Assembly (NCBI GenBank): GCA_036630325.1
Contig: CP142734.1
Span: 558,001 to 622,000 of the forward strand
DNA length: 64,000 nucleotides
Origin: Vairimorpha necatrix
Lineage: Eukaryota
Reading direction: 5' to 3'
Part shown: positions 1 through 13,199 of the stretch, one piece after another
How the letters are laid out: the number at the start of each line of letters is the position of its first letter
Position numbering within the stretch: position 1 is the first letter of the stretch
Made by a program: the position numbers and the translations under genes
Notes under the pieces: generated by a model
The model's database searches: none
Seen by the model: the letters and a program-made list of their open reading frames with translations, nothing else
What the model was told of the DNA's origin: nothing

Positions 1-3000
1 GCAATATATTGAGACAGAAGACTGAAATTTACATCAAAAATTAATTTTTTTTTTGTTTACATGATTTGCAAAAGTTTTATTACAATAAAGTAATCAATTT
101 TATTACATATATTTTTTTTCATTAATCTTTTAATAATTAACAATTTTTATGTTGTCTATAATTGTTTGTTTTTATAATGCCTATTGAATATTTCTAGTAT
201 TTTATTGTGTCTTATAATATTATATGATAACTATGATACAGTCACGATTTGCAAAAAATAATAATTTTTTACATTTTAATGTCTTTTAAATTTTTAGTTT
301 TAATTACATAAAAAAAGATCAACCGTCAAAAATACAATCTAGAATATACGTAAGTAATTTACATTATCATTGATTCTTATATCATGGTACAACGTCGTTT
401 ATTATATTTAAAAAGATCAATATATTTTGCTTTTTCTAAGTTTTATGGTAAAAAATGTGGTATAAATGTTGAACATGCGTAGTCTTTAAACGCGCAAAAT
501 TTTTACATAAATTTTGTCCAAAACCTTGAAACAAATAGGTCTATTTTGTCAATATTGTTTATTAAAGATGTATAATTATAAGGATAAAAGTACAACCAAA
601 ATATTTTTTAATAGATGTAATTTTATACATTTATCACAAAAAGTGAGCCTTTTTTGTTATATTATTTATAAAAAACTCCACTACTATCATGTTAAATTGT
701 GATTTATCAAATACATAAAATATTTAATATGTAATAAAATTGAAAATGTACAAGCTATAGGATAAAGTTTTAAAATAATCATTTTTCTATGGCTTATAAT
801 TGTGGCTAAAAGCGATTATGTATTTTTTAGTAATAAAAAAATTTTATATTGTTGTTTAAGAAATTTTAGGAAAATAATTTAATCTTAATAAAAAATTTAC
901 GAATTTTCTCAATTTTTTCCTGTTTCTAACAAAAAGTTTATTGTTTTATTGTAAATTATTGAATCGAAAACTCGAAAGAAAACAAAATAATGTTATTTTT
1001 TAAGACTTATTTTTAAAAATTTTTAAAAGAGATCATGTAAATTTTTATTTAGAAAGTATAAATGACAAAGATATAAATGATATTAGAGTTCGATCAACGT
1101 CCTACTGTCTTTTTTTAAAAATTTAATCAAATTACGCTATGATTTTTTGAAGATTATATACATTATTTTAATTGTCACGTTTTGAAGAGACCTTAACAAT
1201 TCAATATAATCAAAAATGATTTTTAGAATTAACAACAACTGAAACCATGAATTTTTAAGAAGGTCATTGAATTAATCTTCTAACAATGCTCAAAATCTTG
1301 CAAAGAAATCAATGAAACGAAGAATTGTGTGGGAGTTTTTAAGTTATAATTATTCTATTAACTTTAGTATAAGACAAAGAATACTTGCGTCTAAATGTTT
1401 GTATCTAATGTTTCTATTTTATATTTTATGTGCTAGATACATTGACTTTTTCGTGTTGTATTTTTTTTAATATTCTATAATTAATTTGTTTTTTGAAATA
1501 TCAAGTTCAATCACAAAAAAAATTACTCAATAGGTTATTTTAATTAGACGTGCATTCAAGAGGCACAAAACATTTCAAGTATTATATATAACAAAACCGA
1601 GCATTAATCAACCTCAAGATAACCGTTCATTCATACTTTTTTCAAAAAACAAACTAAAATTATTACTTTAGCCAAATAGTTTTTTTAGTTTATAATGAAC
1701 TATCATAAAAAGTATATGGATAAATCTAAATTATTATATGTTTTGGCGAAAATTAAAATCTGGTATATTACAGATATTAGTTATAATTTTTAGTTAGAGC
1801 TTTTGTTTCTTGTAGGCAATTCCACGGCCTTCAAAATTATAATACACCCAATCATATACTATAATTGTCAATTTTGATCGAAAAAAGCTGATAATCGCAT
1901 ATACTCTGTAGTTTACACAAGAAAAACATTAGTTGATGATTGTAAAGATGTCAACAATTTCATTTAAAAAATGCTATTTAATAAAAACATACCTCTAATT
2001 TTAACGACGAACGGGGTGGTTTAATTATAAAATTCGTCTATAAAGATAAAAAGATATTTTTGAAAACATCTTTACTTTTTTAACATTTATATAATAGAAT
2101 TTATATTTACTTGAAAAAAAAACCTAAAAAGTCTATTATATAAGAACCTTATGGTTTTATTGAATGTTTCGAGTTTTTTTTCACACGCTTTTTATATTTT
2201 AAAATTATAATGATCTTTGCTTTTATTGTACGCATAAGCCGTCTTTTGACGTTTTTAAAGTGTATTATATCTATTTAACGCGATAATAAGATAAAATATA
2301 AGTATCAAATAATGGTCTTTCCAGTATCATTAAAATGTTACAAAAGCACTCATGCATTTTTTATAAGCTAATTCTAATTTTCATTGCTTTATTTAGAATA
2401 TTCGATGTAAACTGAATATGATTTCCTGAAAACTTTGAACCTTACTTTATTATTTTTTGTTTTTGAGAATCCCTAATGTAGATCATTTTTACAATTTACA
2501 ATATCTTGATTTGAATATTTGATTATATAAACGCATTGGCTAGTTTTTAATTGATTTTTTTAGCTTTTCAACTAACATTTGTTCTTTTTCAAATATCAAC
2601 TACAAATATTAAGTATAAATTAAAAAGCATAAGATTTTTACACGTGGTGAAATTTTCAATATTACAATAAAAATTGTCAAAAAGAATATAACATTTTAAT
2701 ATAAATTTTTCTTTGTGATGTAAGCGCAAACAATAAATTTAATTACTTATGTCACATTCAAGACATATAAGTGATTTCAACGGGCAATTCTAATTCGTGT
2801 TTTAACCTTTTATCTTTGTGTGGAGATATAATTGCTTTATCATAAAGCAAAATGGCGATGGCGAAGCCGAGGATTTACACAGTTATAAAAATTTCATGAA
2901 TAATAGCCATAGAACGACCCTCAAATTAAATAATTATATTAATACTAAAACAGTATCTTATATGAATTTATGGCGAGGCGCCGCATGACACCAAAAAGGT

Positions 3001-3045
3001 AAAAAAATTAGAAATAAAAATGGCACAAATACATTTTAAAAAATA

Positions 3046-4985
3046 TGTTGGAATGAAAACATGGTGTGTATTATAATAAAATTTTTAAAGAACGACATCA
3101 TTAATGACTCAAACAAGGTATTGCCGAATTTGAGATGCGTTACACTCCCTTCACTATCCTTTTTGAAGCCTTGTGGTTTAGACTTGCCAAGCCCACCCTT
3201 TTCCATTATCTACAAAATCTTAAAATGAATTGACCCGCATTTGCAACCGTTCCCTTTTCTTTCATTTTAAAATATGTTTTCCTTTAACCGATAACAAATA
3301 ATATCAAACTCTATCTCTGTCCATAATGGCAATCTTATTATCAGAATTCGCTTTTTTGATCATCTTCTATTCGCGTCTCTAAACTTTCAATCTCTTACCG
3401 CCTGTTCTTAACACTCTTCCTTATCTTTTGTAAAACACATTTCTTCTTGTATTTCTATCTTATTCGGACTAATCCTGTTAAGAGATCTATTAAAGCACAA
3501 CATTAGGCCCCATGATATGATTGCATATGAGGAGTGAATACTTTAGGTACACATTTTGCCCAATCAAATTTCTAAAATATGAAGATATTCCTTACTTTTA
3601 TGACCATAATATATTAAGACTCTCAACAAACACGATATTTGTGGTTTAAAAGAGGAGCCATCTTTTGAAGTGGAATTTTCCCGTCTTCTAAAATCCCTTA
3701 CGACATTATTTTAAACTATTTAACATTAGCAGATAAAATGGCCCTTGAAATGCCAAATTTCCTGATTAAATATTAATCTACCAAATAAATAACCATTCTA
3801 ATCTTTTGTGTAAACTATCCCAATTCTGCAATTTTTAAAAAAATGGTCAAGCATTGTCAGTAAAATTTTATATCCTTGCTCGCTTTTTCTCAACGGTCCT
3901 ACTATGTCCTCTTCCCAAAATCTCCGTTAGTATTTGCTACAATGTTACGAAATCCCTAAATGTTTGAGGTTTTTCTTTTATGCAAATTCCACAGTTTTCT
4001 ATGTAATTTTTAAAATCTCTTTATATCCTTCCAAGTATTTTTCGGCCAATATTATAATTCACATTTTTGTTATGATCCATGCCCTATTAAATCATTGTCA
4101 AACTTTAATAGCACTAACAGATTCTCTCGTTTATTTTTTTTCTTTCCCCTCATTTCATTTCTAGACATTAATCTTAATACTTTTACTTCTCTTCCTTATG
4201 GTCTGTGTAGTTTGATCGGTCTTTTATATATTCAGATCAAAATCATATTCTTTAGTAAAAATGACCGTCTACCCAACTTAGCTTTAATTTTTAGATTTAA
4301 GCAAATTTTTTGGGGATTGATGATCCTTTAGGTACAAATCTTCATAATAATAAAAATTCTTCAAAGTATTGATTCGATTTTATTAATGCTAGCAATTCTT
4401 GCTCAGTAGTGAAAAGGTTTTTTTCTATCTTGAGTGTAAAGAATTGCTTTAAGAAACAATTTTTTCTTTGTCTCTAAACATTTGTGCCAATGTGGGGTTC
4501 GAATTCCCTTTTAACTGAATTTGTAGTCGAAATAAAGCCTTCCTTAAAATTTGATATATTCAATAAGGTCATTCTATTCGTACCCTTTTACCTCTTCGAT
4601 TGCTTAAAATATTTTTATAATTATCTGCTTTTTTCAAAAGCTATCCGCTTCCTCGTTCTTGTGCCTTATTATGCCGTATGGTAAATTAACCACTTTATTT
4701 CTGTTTTTTAAAAGATCTAGATCAATAATTGTACAAAACCAACAAAGATTATATTTCATTTAATTTTGTAAACTTAAAATTGTTAAATGCTATTATTTTC
4801 TTCTTCTCTACACTTATCTTCTCCTATAATATTACATGACCTAAAATTTTAAGTGGATCTTAGTAATTTTGCATTACTTTTTAATAGTTTTAGATCTATA
4901 AACTTGATTTTTAATGCCCCTTATTCGTCTCTCTTAAAATCTTAATCATTTTTATCATAAAATAGTATTTCATCCATATATATAC
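3046..4985 (-). mobile_element. Degenerate Ty3/gypsy remnant (RT end, RNase H, integrase, putative 3' LTR ~3046-3144)
   Basis: Minus strand reads V-Y-M-D-E-I-L (YMDD-like) at ~4965-4985 and TTEQELLAL (RNase H) at ~4390-4410. The integrase-like segment at ~3550-3860 resembles 63460-63780. A TG...CA block is followed by a PPT-like tract (ctcccttc on +). Many stops. Confidence 0.65.
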
Positions 4986-6894
4986 TGTCCCCGTTTTATG
5001 CGATATCCCTAAAAAAATGCTTACTTAAAGAGGGTAAAAAAATATTCGTTTGGAACAATATCTGTTAAAATTGCTTACTTAATATGATCAAAAAAATATT
5101 TGTTCAAAGCGATATCCCTAAAAAATGCTTACTATATATGATTAAAAAAATCGTTGGTGTTTCTTTGAAATTAGTATGTTAAAGATTTTATTATTAGAAT
5201 ATGCAAATAAATTGACGTAGGTGCCTTTGGGCTTCTACATGTTTGATTTTTCTTAATATTTAAAACATTTATATTTATTTCCCAAGCAACACGGAAGGAA
5301 AGGAATTAAAAAAATAAACTATAATATATCGACAATAATATATTGGCGAAGAACGACAAGAAGCTTTATTTTTTTCAAACAATGTTGGTAGAAAACCAAG
5401 ATAGAGTTGCACTTTGGGCAAAGGCAATAAAGTTTATCCTATTTATGGATCAGGTTAATGGGCTCACAGAACTCACACGAGAATTAAAGTGAGTGTGTAA
5501 AGATCATTTATTCTTTGCCAATAACAATCAACGCTTCATTTTAGTACATAAAATTTATCTACGTTTTAAATGGGCATGCGAACGGGGTAGATTTTTCCCT
5601 TATTGCAAACAAATGTCCACGAAGCAACTTTAATAGATATGCATAGAGTTTCTGAAGCTGTAATATATGTTTATTAAAAAGAAATCTAATAACTAGACCA
5701 GTTTTTAGGCCAAATGTTGCAAACTATCCAAAGGAAAGGGATGCTGCTGACTTGATTAATCACCGACTAGTTCACAAACACAATGAAAGATATAAATAGT
5801 TTTTATATATTGTAAATTTTTCAACCAAATTTTGTTATTCGGCACCAATGCTTGGTAAAACAGACATTAAAATAGGGAATGCCTATGAAACTATTGTATA
5901 GAACGGTTAAATCTTCTTATATACTTTAAAATGAATTCGGCAAAAATTTGTAAATCAAGTACTTAACGATTTATGTCAGAAACATAATAAAGACACGGAA
6001 ATGGAGAACTAGATGTCCATGAATGCAAGGACAGGTAGAACGATGCAATCAAGCAATAAATTTGATGGTTGGATCAAATCCGGGACAAAAAATATTTTGG
6101 GTCAATGAACAGGGTACGGAAGAAGTTACCTGGTCATATGACAATTTAAGACACTCTACTACGATTAACGTTCATTCTCTCTAATGTTTGGTAGGCTCTT
6201 TGAGAAATAATGGGCGAGTCTTAATCAATGAAATTAGAATCGATCTATGGCGAAAATCATGAACAAGAATGTGAGGACGAATAACGAGCCGAATAAAGTT
6301 TATTTGATGTTCTATATTCAAATACTAATGAAGTAATTCCGCAACCCTATGCTTTAAACAACAGAATCTTTTTTTTATTGAGAATTATCATGATGCTAAT
6401 ATAAATCCGCGCACAAACTGCTGCAGATAGAATAATATAAAGAAGTATCTATTGAAATGATTTTTTAGAGTGAAAAAAAGAAGATATAGTCCTCATAGGA
6501 CCATATTTGGACAAAATCCTTAATACAAAAAACATTATCTTTATGGACGTTTAGATGCAGAATTCCTTGTTGTAACGGGCATAATACAATTTAATACAGA
6601 TGATCATGCAGAGAAGATGATAATAAAATTATTATAGAGGCAATGTGTACTTGAGATTTAAGGTTTATCGGTAACGAATAAAGTACTAAAAATTTTATTT
6701 ATGTTATTTTTCTATTTTTTTTCATTTTTCTCGCCCAAAATTATAGAAATAAAGCAAAATTATAACTCTAAAAAATCGAATCGAAATTTGGGCAGCCATT
6801 AAAGACGAACATTTATTTGTTCTTATTTTCTGTTCGCCGATCACCCAGGAGAATTTATAATATTTACCCCGGGTTATCGCTCCAAACTGTGACA
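4986..6894 (+). mobile_element. Degenerate Ginger-like (KRBA2/SCAND3-type integrase) DNA transposon
   Basis: Broken + frames read LITRPVFRP (~5685), ADLI (~5746), FVNQVLNDLCQKHN (~5947) and RCP*MQGQVERCNQ (~6010-6052). Imperfect TIRs: tgtccccgttttatgcgatatccc versus the reverse complement of 6871-6894 (18/24). No TSD seen. Confidence 0.6.
5000..5155. repeat. About three imperfect ~54-bp tandem subterminal repeats
   Basis: gcgatatccctaaaaaa(a)tgcttact at 5000 and 5109, with a diverged unit between them. Confidence 0.7.
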
Positions 6895-9800
6895 TTATCA
6901 ATACCACAAAATTATTATTTTTATTGGATTTACTAAATGAGGGTCAAGAAAGAGCAGCAGGAAAAAACAACAAAACAACAAAACAACCCCTTTAAGCGGA
7001 AAGGGAAGAGTTGCCACAGAGAAAAAGAACAGGGGCCAGAACACATAGTGTGCCCACCAAACCCACCTCTGAGAATGTTGCAGCAGTACTTGTGAGTACC
7101 GAAGCGAGTGAAGTAGAACGGCTCAAAGAGTATTTCTAACAGTCATAAATAGATTTGGTAGTGTGTTTAGACACGATGTCTAATCCGAAATAGAAGATAG
7201 AGTATTAAAAATAGATTTATTGAGTTATGGTTTAGACTCATGATGAAGGGTAGGGGCTGGAAAATTAATAGAAAATATTTGGATAAGACCATTCGAAGGT
7301 CTTATCCGAAAAGAGTAGGTTCTTAAACTAAAAGTAACTCTTCAAATGCTCACATCCGATAATAATCAATACCTGTCACTTACATTATCCTTCACATTAA
7401 TATTAAATAAGAATCTCTTTTATTTAGGAATGTTTATGGTAGGCGTTGGTTCGTAGCCTAACACTGTCTCCTTCTCAGAAGATATCGATTTAATTGATCT
7501 GAATCCTCTATCTTCAAGATATCTTTTTTATTGACTGTAATAATTTTCCATAAAGAGCCTCTATTTCGTAGATCCTTTTCAGACTTTCTTTATAACTTTA
7601 TAGATACTTTAAGAATCGTAGCCAAGTTTGTTCATTTATTCTGTTGGTAATAATTCTTCTGACATATTCGTTCACGTTGATATCCTTTGCGTCTCAACTT
7701 TTTTTTCATTATTTTAAGCTCCTTCTCTCTAATCTGCTCTCTTTCGCAATCAGCATCTTTCTGAATTCATTAAGCCTCTCAGCAATTAATCTGTTTTCTT
7801 CCAAGATTTCTAATTCCTCCTGATTATAACTGTCTGTTTTTTACGTAGATCCCCTCGAACAGTGAATTATGTGTGCTTCTTCTTTTGAAAATTCAGTATG
7901 CATAGACTGCATATACAAGGAACTCGTCCCACATCTTCCATCTACAAGTTTAGCAATCTTTCCAACCAGTGTTTTGTTTGTACTCTCGGCCAACCCGTTG
8001 CATTATGGGTTATAGCTTGATGTGGATGATTTTTTGGTTTTGATCATTTCACAGATCTTCTCAACTAACTTGTTGGTAAATTCTTTATCTTGGTCAGATA
8101 AAATCTTCTCGTGGATCCATGGGTCAAAATTTTTTTCTTCAACTAAGAATTTTGCTATCATGTTAGACGATTTAGTTTTGATTGCATCGGCTTCGCACGA
8201 TCCTGTGACGTAATCTGTCGCCATCACAATGTATCTGTTACCATAAAAGCTTTTCGTTGGGGTACTACTAAGTCTATTCCTATTATATCAAGGGATATTG
8301 TCAGAGGCGAACTTTATTCTGCAATATGTTGGTCACCTGCTGTGTCTATTACATGTACTACATCTTTAAGTATCCTTAAATGTTTTTAAACATCCCCTTC
8401 CAACTGATTTCACGTGATGTTAGAACATAAAGACATCTTCTCCTCCATGCCCGCATTCTAGGTTGTTTCTCAATACAACCTCGGGGTTTGTTTTCAGCTG
8501 TGAACTCCCTGTCCTTCTTCATACCTTTCGATGGCATTACAATTACTTAATGCATTTGCCAACATATTATTGGTTCCTGGGATGTGTTTGGTTTTATAAT
8601 TATACTTCTGTAAGGCCAGTATCCACCTCATTGGTCTCCCCTATTATCTTTTAAGCTTAAGAGCCATTTAAGAGCTTGATGATCGGTCCGTATTGTAAAT
8701 TCTCTCGTTAGATAGATTCTGTGTTTTTTAAACGCCCATACAATCGCTAAACATTTCTTTTCATTAACGATATATTTTATTTCTGCAGCTTGAAGTCTTC
8801 TCGATATACAGTCGATTGGTTCTATTTAGCCATCCTCATCCTCTTGAGATAACCCGCCCCTATCGCTAGGTTTAACGCGTCGTTATAAGGTAAATTCTTT
8901 CCTCAAAGTTTGGTAACTTAGCCCAGATGCATCTCTTAAGTCCTGTTTATTTTCTCAAATTGCACATTGGCTGCCTTTGTCATTTCTTACTTACAATGTT
9001 TTTTCTCGAATTGTAATGTATAATAGAGTCGTCTTTTCCGCATAGTTTTTGAGATTTTGCTAAAAAATGCAAGAATCTATTAAAGGCTCTGACGGCCTTA
9101 TTTTATCTTGGAGTTATTTATTCCATAGTTTTCAACTAATGTTGTAACGGTATTGTCACCAATCAGTCTACCACTGTAAATTTTAAAAATTCTACCTTGC
9201 TCTGCACGAATTTGCATTTATCTTTCTTTAATATAAATACTATGTTCTTGATTATCTTTAATACAAGTTTCCAATGTTCCATATGTGATTCGTGGTCTTT
9301 CAAGTAGACAAATATATCGTATAAGTATATCATAACGAATTTGTACATATACTTAAATTTTTTTTTTCATAATTTTTGAAACGTAAATAACGCGTTAATT
9401 AGTCTAAACAGCATCTTTTTTTTGATAAATTCCAGTTCTCGTATAAAAATCCGTCTTTTATTTATCCTCTTCCTCTACGCGTACACTACTTGGTTATAGG
9501 CTGCTTAAACCTCCATGGCACTAAAGATTTTAGCCACTTGCAACTGGTCTAAGGTATCATCGATTCATTATACTGGATGCTCTAAAAAAATTGTTACCTT
9601 GTTTATTCTTCTAAAACCACTGCAAAATCTTATCCCACTATTCTTCTTCTTATACAAGACCACTGGTGAGACGTATTTGCTTTCACTTCTTCTATAACAC
9701 CTTGTCTTAAAATTTTTTACTTGTTCTTGATAACTTTGAGTTCTTCAGAATCTTTTATGTTTCGGGCGTGTTGTGATTTTACCGTAACAATCAAGTCTAT

Positions 9801-10753
9801 TGCTGCTCAATGTCAATGCTTATAGGCCTACCCCATCTGTGAATACCTCAGAGTAATCTTGTAGATCTTCTTGTAATCTTTTTTTTAAGTTCGAATCTCT
9901 GCAGTCCATGTCAATAACTAACCCGGTAGTATCATCTCGTGGCAATTTTTCTTATACGCAACTCTCGCTTCCATAATAACTTCCATTTTTGTCTAGGTTT
10001 TTTTCTTTGCCGTTATAAATGGAACTAACTTCGAGTAACATCGTCGATGCTAAAATTAATGACTTTTCCATATCTTCGATCACTAGCACATTTGTTACAT
10101 CTTCTTGTAGTGTATCCTCTCTTCTTATTCGGAGATTGCCAAATCCTAACACTTTTCGATTACCAGATAATTTTCTTATTTGACCCGCTGTTTGGTATTT
10201 TTCATTCCTATGCTTTGAGCTTTCTTTCGTCCTCTAACTGTCACTGTAGTTTCTTTATCTATCAACTCTTCTACAAAATGTTCGCTGTCAGTGAGCTATA
10301 GTCTTGGCCTATTGTCATTTTCTTTTCTGACTGTAGCGATATGTTTAACACTCCTCTCCTGGGGTCACATTTAGGTTTCTCATCTTCGGTTGTCTTAATC
10401 TTCACGGGATCCATATTTCCTTCATTATTTTTTTTGTTTCAAAGGGGTTTTTCTTGCGGAATGGTCTTAACTTCTTATTTAGAACTTTTTCTTTCACTCT
10501 AACATTCTTCAAGATCATAAGTCATTACACCTTTCTGTATAATCTCAATTATATATCTTCAGATAATTCCATTAGCCGTCTCTACTTCTAATTAATAGTG
10601 TTTCCACTTTTAAGCGTATATTTTTAAGTTGTGAGCGTATGAAAGTACGTTTGGGTATTTGGAGCCTTCTTTTATGCAATTACAAAACATTTCCGCTTTC
10701 TGAGTACTTGTCTCTTTTTTATGTACTTATTCTTAAATCTCTCTAAGAAAGCC

Positions 10754-11765
10754 GGCTAAAGTGAGCTTTAGGTAACAAAAATCGATATAAGGGTTTTTTG
10801 TTTTTTTTGCCCCTTTTTTTAAAATGGAGGAAAGAATTCTGACAAGATAAGAAATCGAAACTATATATAATAATTTGTTTAATAAAAAAAAAGATTAAAT
10901 CTATACTGTGTGTCATGATAGGATGAGGTTGGTTAGTAAACGGGATTACCTCATTAAATGTACTTGGAAGGACTGTAAGGAGACAGTGTCTATATGGAAA
11001 GACACTTTCTTTGAAAACAGTAGACTTGATCATATCACAATTTTACAGGTATTTAATTTGTGGGTTCTTGGCTATCCTCGTAAGAATATTTGTCAAATTT
11101 TAGGTTGTTCTAAACGTTCTATATCCTTCATTTAAAAAAATTAAAAGAAATAAACATTTATGATAAATATTTATCATCTTTGAACAAGATAGGAGAGAAG
11201 AAGTTATAGTAGAAATAGATGAAACTAAAATTGGAAAAAACAAATATCATAGAGGTAATTAGTAAAGGAGTTTTGGTGTTTTGGTATGATAGAACGTTCT
11301 CCAGAACGCAAAATTATACTTATATATATTAAAAAAAGAGATAAAGAAACGTTAACAGCTCTTTTATTGAAATTTGTAAGTTCGAAAGTACTATATATAG
11401 TGATATGTGAAGGGCTTCCCATTTTTCGAATACGATATTCAATGAATACCACATGGTTAACCACTCATTACACTTTCGAGATCCCAGTACTGGGGTTCAT
11501 ACCAATACCATAGAAGGTAATTAACGTCCCCTCAAAAATTCTATACCTAATAGAAAAAGGTCAACAAATAGTGCTAAACTTTATTTATTTGGGTACATGC
11601 TTCAAAGAAATTCCACTAATTCTGTTTTTGATGCATTATTAAATTCATTGTTCTAATTTTTATTTTTGTTACTTTCTTCAAATTTTCTCTCCATTTTTGA
11701 AAAAAGCGGCAAAAAAAACAAAAACCCCCTATATAGATTTTTGTTACCTAAAGCTCACTTTAGCC
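10754..11765 (+). mobile_element. Merlin (IS1595-like) DNA transposon with pseudogenised transposase
   Basis: TIRs ggctaaagtgagctttaggtaacaaaaatc; perfect 8-bp TSD agaaagcc (10746-10753, 11766-11773). Broken frames read VEIDETK, VFGMIER, VNH and HTNTIEG. Confidence 0.93.
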
Positions 11766-12207
11766 AGAAAGCCCGAAAGTTGGCATGTCTTCTTGGTTTT
11801 TCTTAACCACAGTTCAGCCTTGCATTTTAGCTTCGCAGTTACCTTTTGATATAGTGCACTTTGCGTTCTTTATTTCTCATATTCAATAAATTGGCTAATA
11901 AAGCTTTCGATCCTCTCTCTTTAGTCCTTTATATTCCAACCACTTATCAACCACCAGCGGTTCTCTCGACCTGTTTAACGCCAAATCCATTATTTCATCT
12001 TCTATAATCGCTTCGTTGCCGCCATTTGTGATCAGGCACAAGGTCTAATCTGAAATAGAAGACGGAATGTTACAAAAAGATTTATTTGAGTTATGTTTAG
12101 ACCCAAGTTGAAGGGTAAGGCTGAAAAATATTTAAATAGAAAATATTAAGTGTCGTAAGAGCCCAAGGGCTACTACATGTTTAAAAAGTTTACACTTCTC
12201 AATATTT

Positions 12208-12935
12208 GGTACATGGCCGTTTGGAACCCGCATTGGGAAAATGAACCCGCATTGGGAAAATGAACCCGCTTTGGGAAAATGAACCCGCTTTGGGAAAATA
12301 AACCCGCATTGAAATTTTAAAGGACCCCCCTTTAAAAAAAAGGCAAAATTGGCAAAAACAATGTATGTTAAAGCAGATGAGGTTTTTAGTGATGTAATGT
12401 ATTTATACGTGGAATATAAAGAAAAGTCTATTTTGGAAACATTTGATGCCGAATCGGCGTGCGCCTTGCTCGTTTCTGTAACTAGTAGAAATACTGCTTT
12501 TTCCTTGAGGTATAACAAGAAAATGTATAACCTGTTTCTATTTTGATCTCTAATCAATGAGTAGCATATGATGCCACATTAGCTAAGCAAAGGGATGGAG
12601 CACAGTACTAAGAATCACTCCATAAATGCTGATACCTCTAGCGATTCTGAGTCACAACACCATATAATTTTGTTGGTTTTGGCTCATTTCTATAAAAGAT
12701 ATTCGATCTTAACATAAACAAAGAAGAACACTATGAGTACCTTTTACAGTTTCATTGGGCTTTCCAAATTCCCAAAAATCGCCGGATAAATTGTCTTCTG
12801 TCATTATTTAAAATAAATCGTTAAGTCCTTTTTTTATGATTTTTTTATTTTTCCTTTTTTTGAATTTTTCAATGCGGGTTCATTTTCCCAATGCGGGTTC
12901 ATTTTCCCAATGCGGGTTCCAAACGGTCATGTACC
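12208..12935 (+). mobile_element. Internally deleted Merlin element with 19-bp subterminal tandem repeats
   Basis: TIRs ggtacatg(g/a)ccgtttggaacccgcattggg; perfect 8-bp TSD caatattt. Unit gaacccgcattgggaaaat occurs ~5x left and ~3x right (inverted). Remnant GMEHSTKNHS motif at ~12592. Confidence 0.88.
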
Positions 12936-13199
12936 CAATATTTTAATTTTTATATTTTACCCCCAAGCAAGATGGAAGGAAAAGATGAAAAAACTAATAA
13001 ACACTCTAATATCGACATTTAGAGTAGGTTATATTGATGTTCTCTTTTGAAATGAGTAAATTGACAAACAGTACAATGTAAATGCTCATACCTAATATTT
13101 TTTAATCATCTATCTCTTATATCATCCTTCACATTTTTTTAAATGAAAATCTCTCACATTTAGGGATTCATATGGTCGGCGTTGGTTCGATGTCTGACA

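Larger units (their letters stand above)
7177..13199 (-). mobile_element. Degenerate Ty3/gypsy element with diverged LTRs (7177-7463; 12042-13199, the latter interrupted by a Merlin)
   Basis: LTR-like blocks share both ends (tgtctaatccgaaatagaaga / ggtctaatctgaaatagaaga; ggcgttggttcgtagcctaaca / ggcgttggttcgatgtctgaca). PPT lies next to 7463. Integrase fragment 8003-8227 (ATDYVT...ILSDQDKEF) and RT fragment 9163-9348. No TSD. Confidence 0.75.

Noticed and set aside
1-3045. Possible genes in the first 3 kb, including ORF 514-702
   Set aside because: Extremely AT-rich, no recognisable motif, non-ATG start; nothing supportable by eye.
12225-12312. 19-bp tandem repeat as CRISPR or telomere, and the 141-aa ORF 12132-12557 running through it
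   Set aside because: These are subterminal repeats of a TSD-bounded Merlin; the ORF repeats (CGFIFP) simply translate the DNA repeat.
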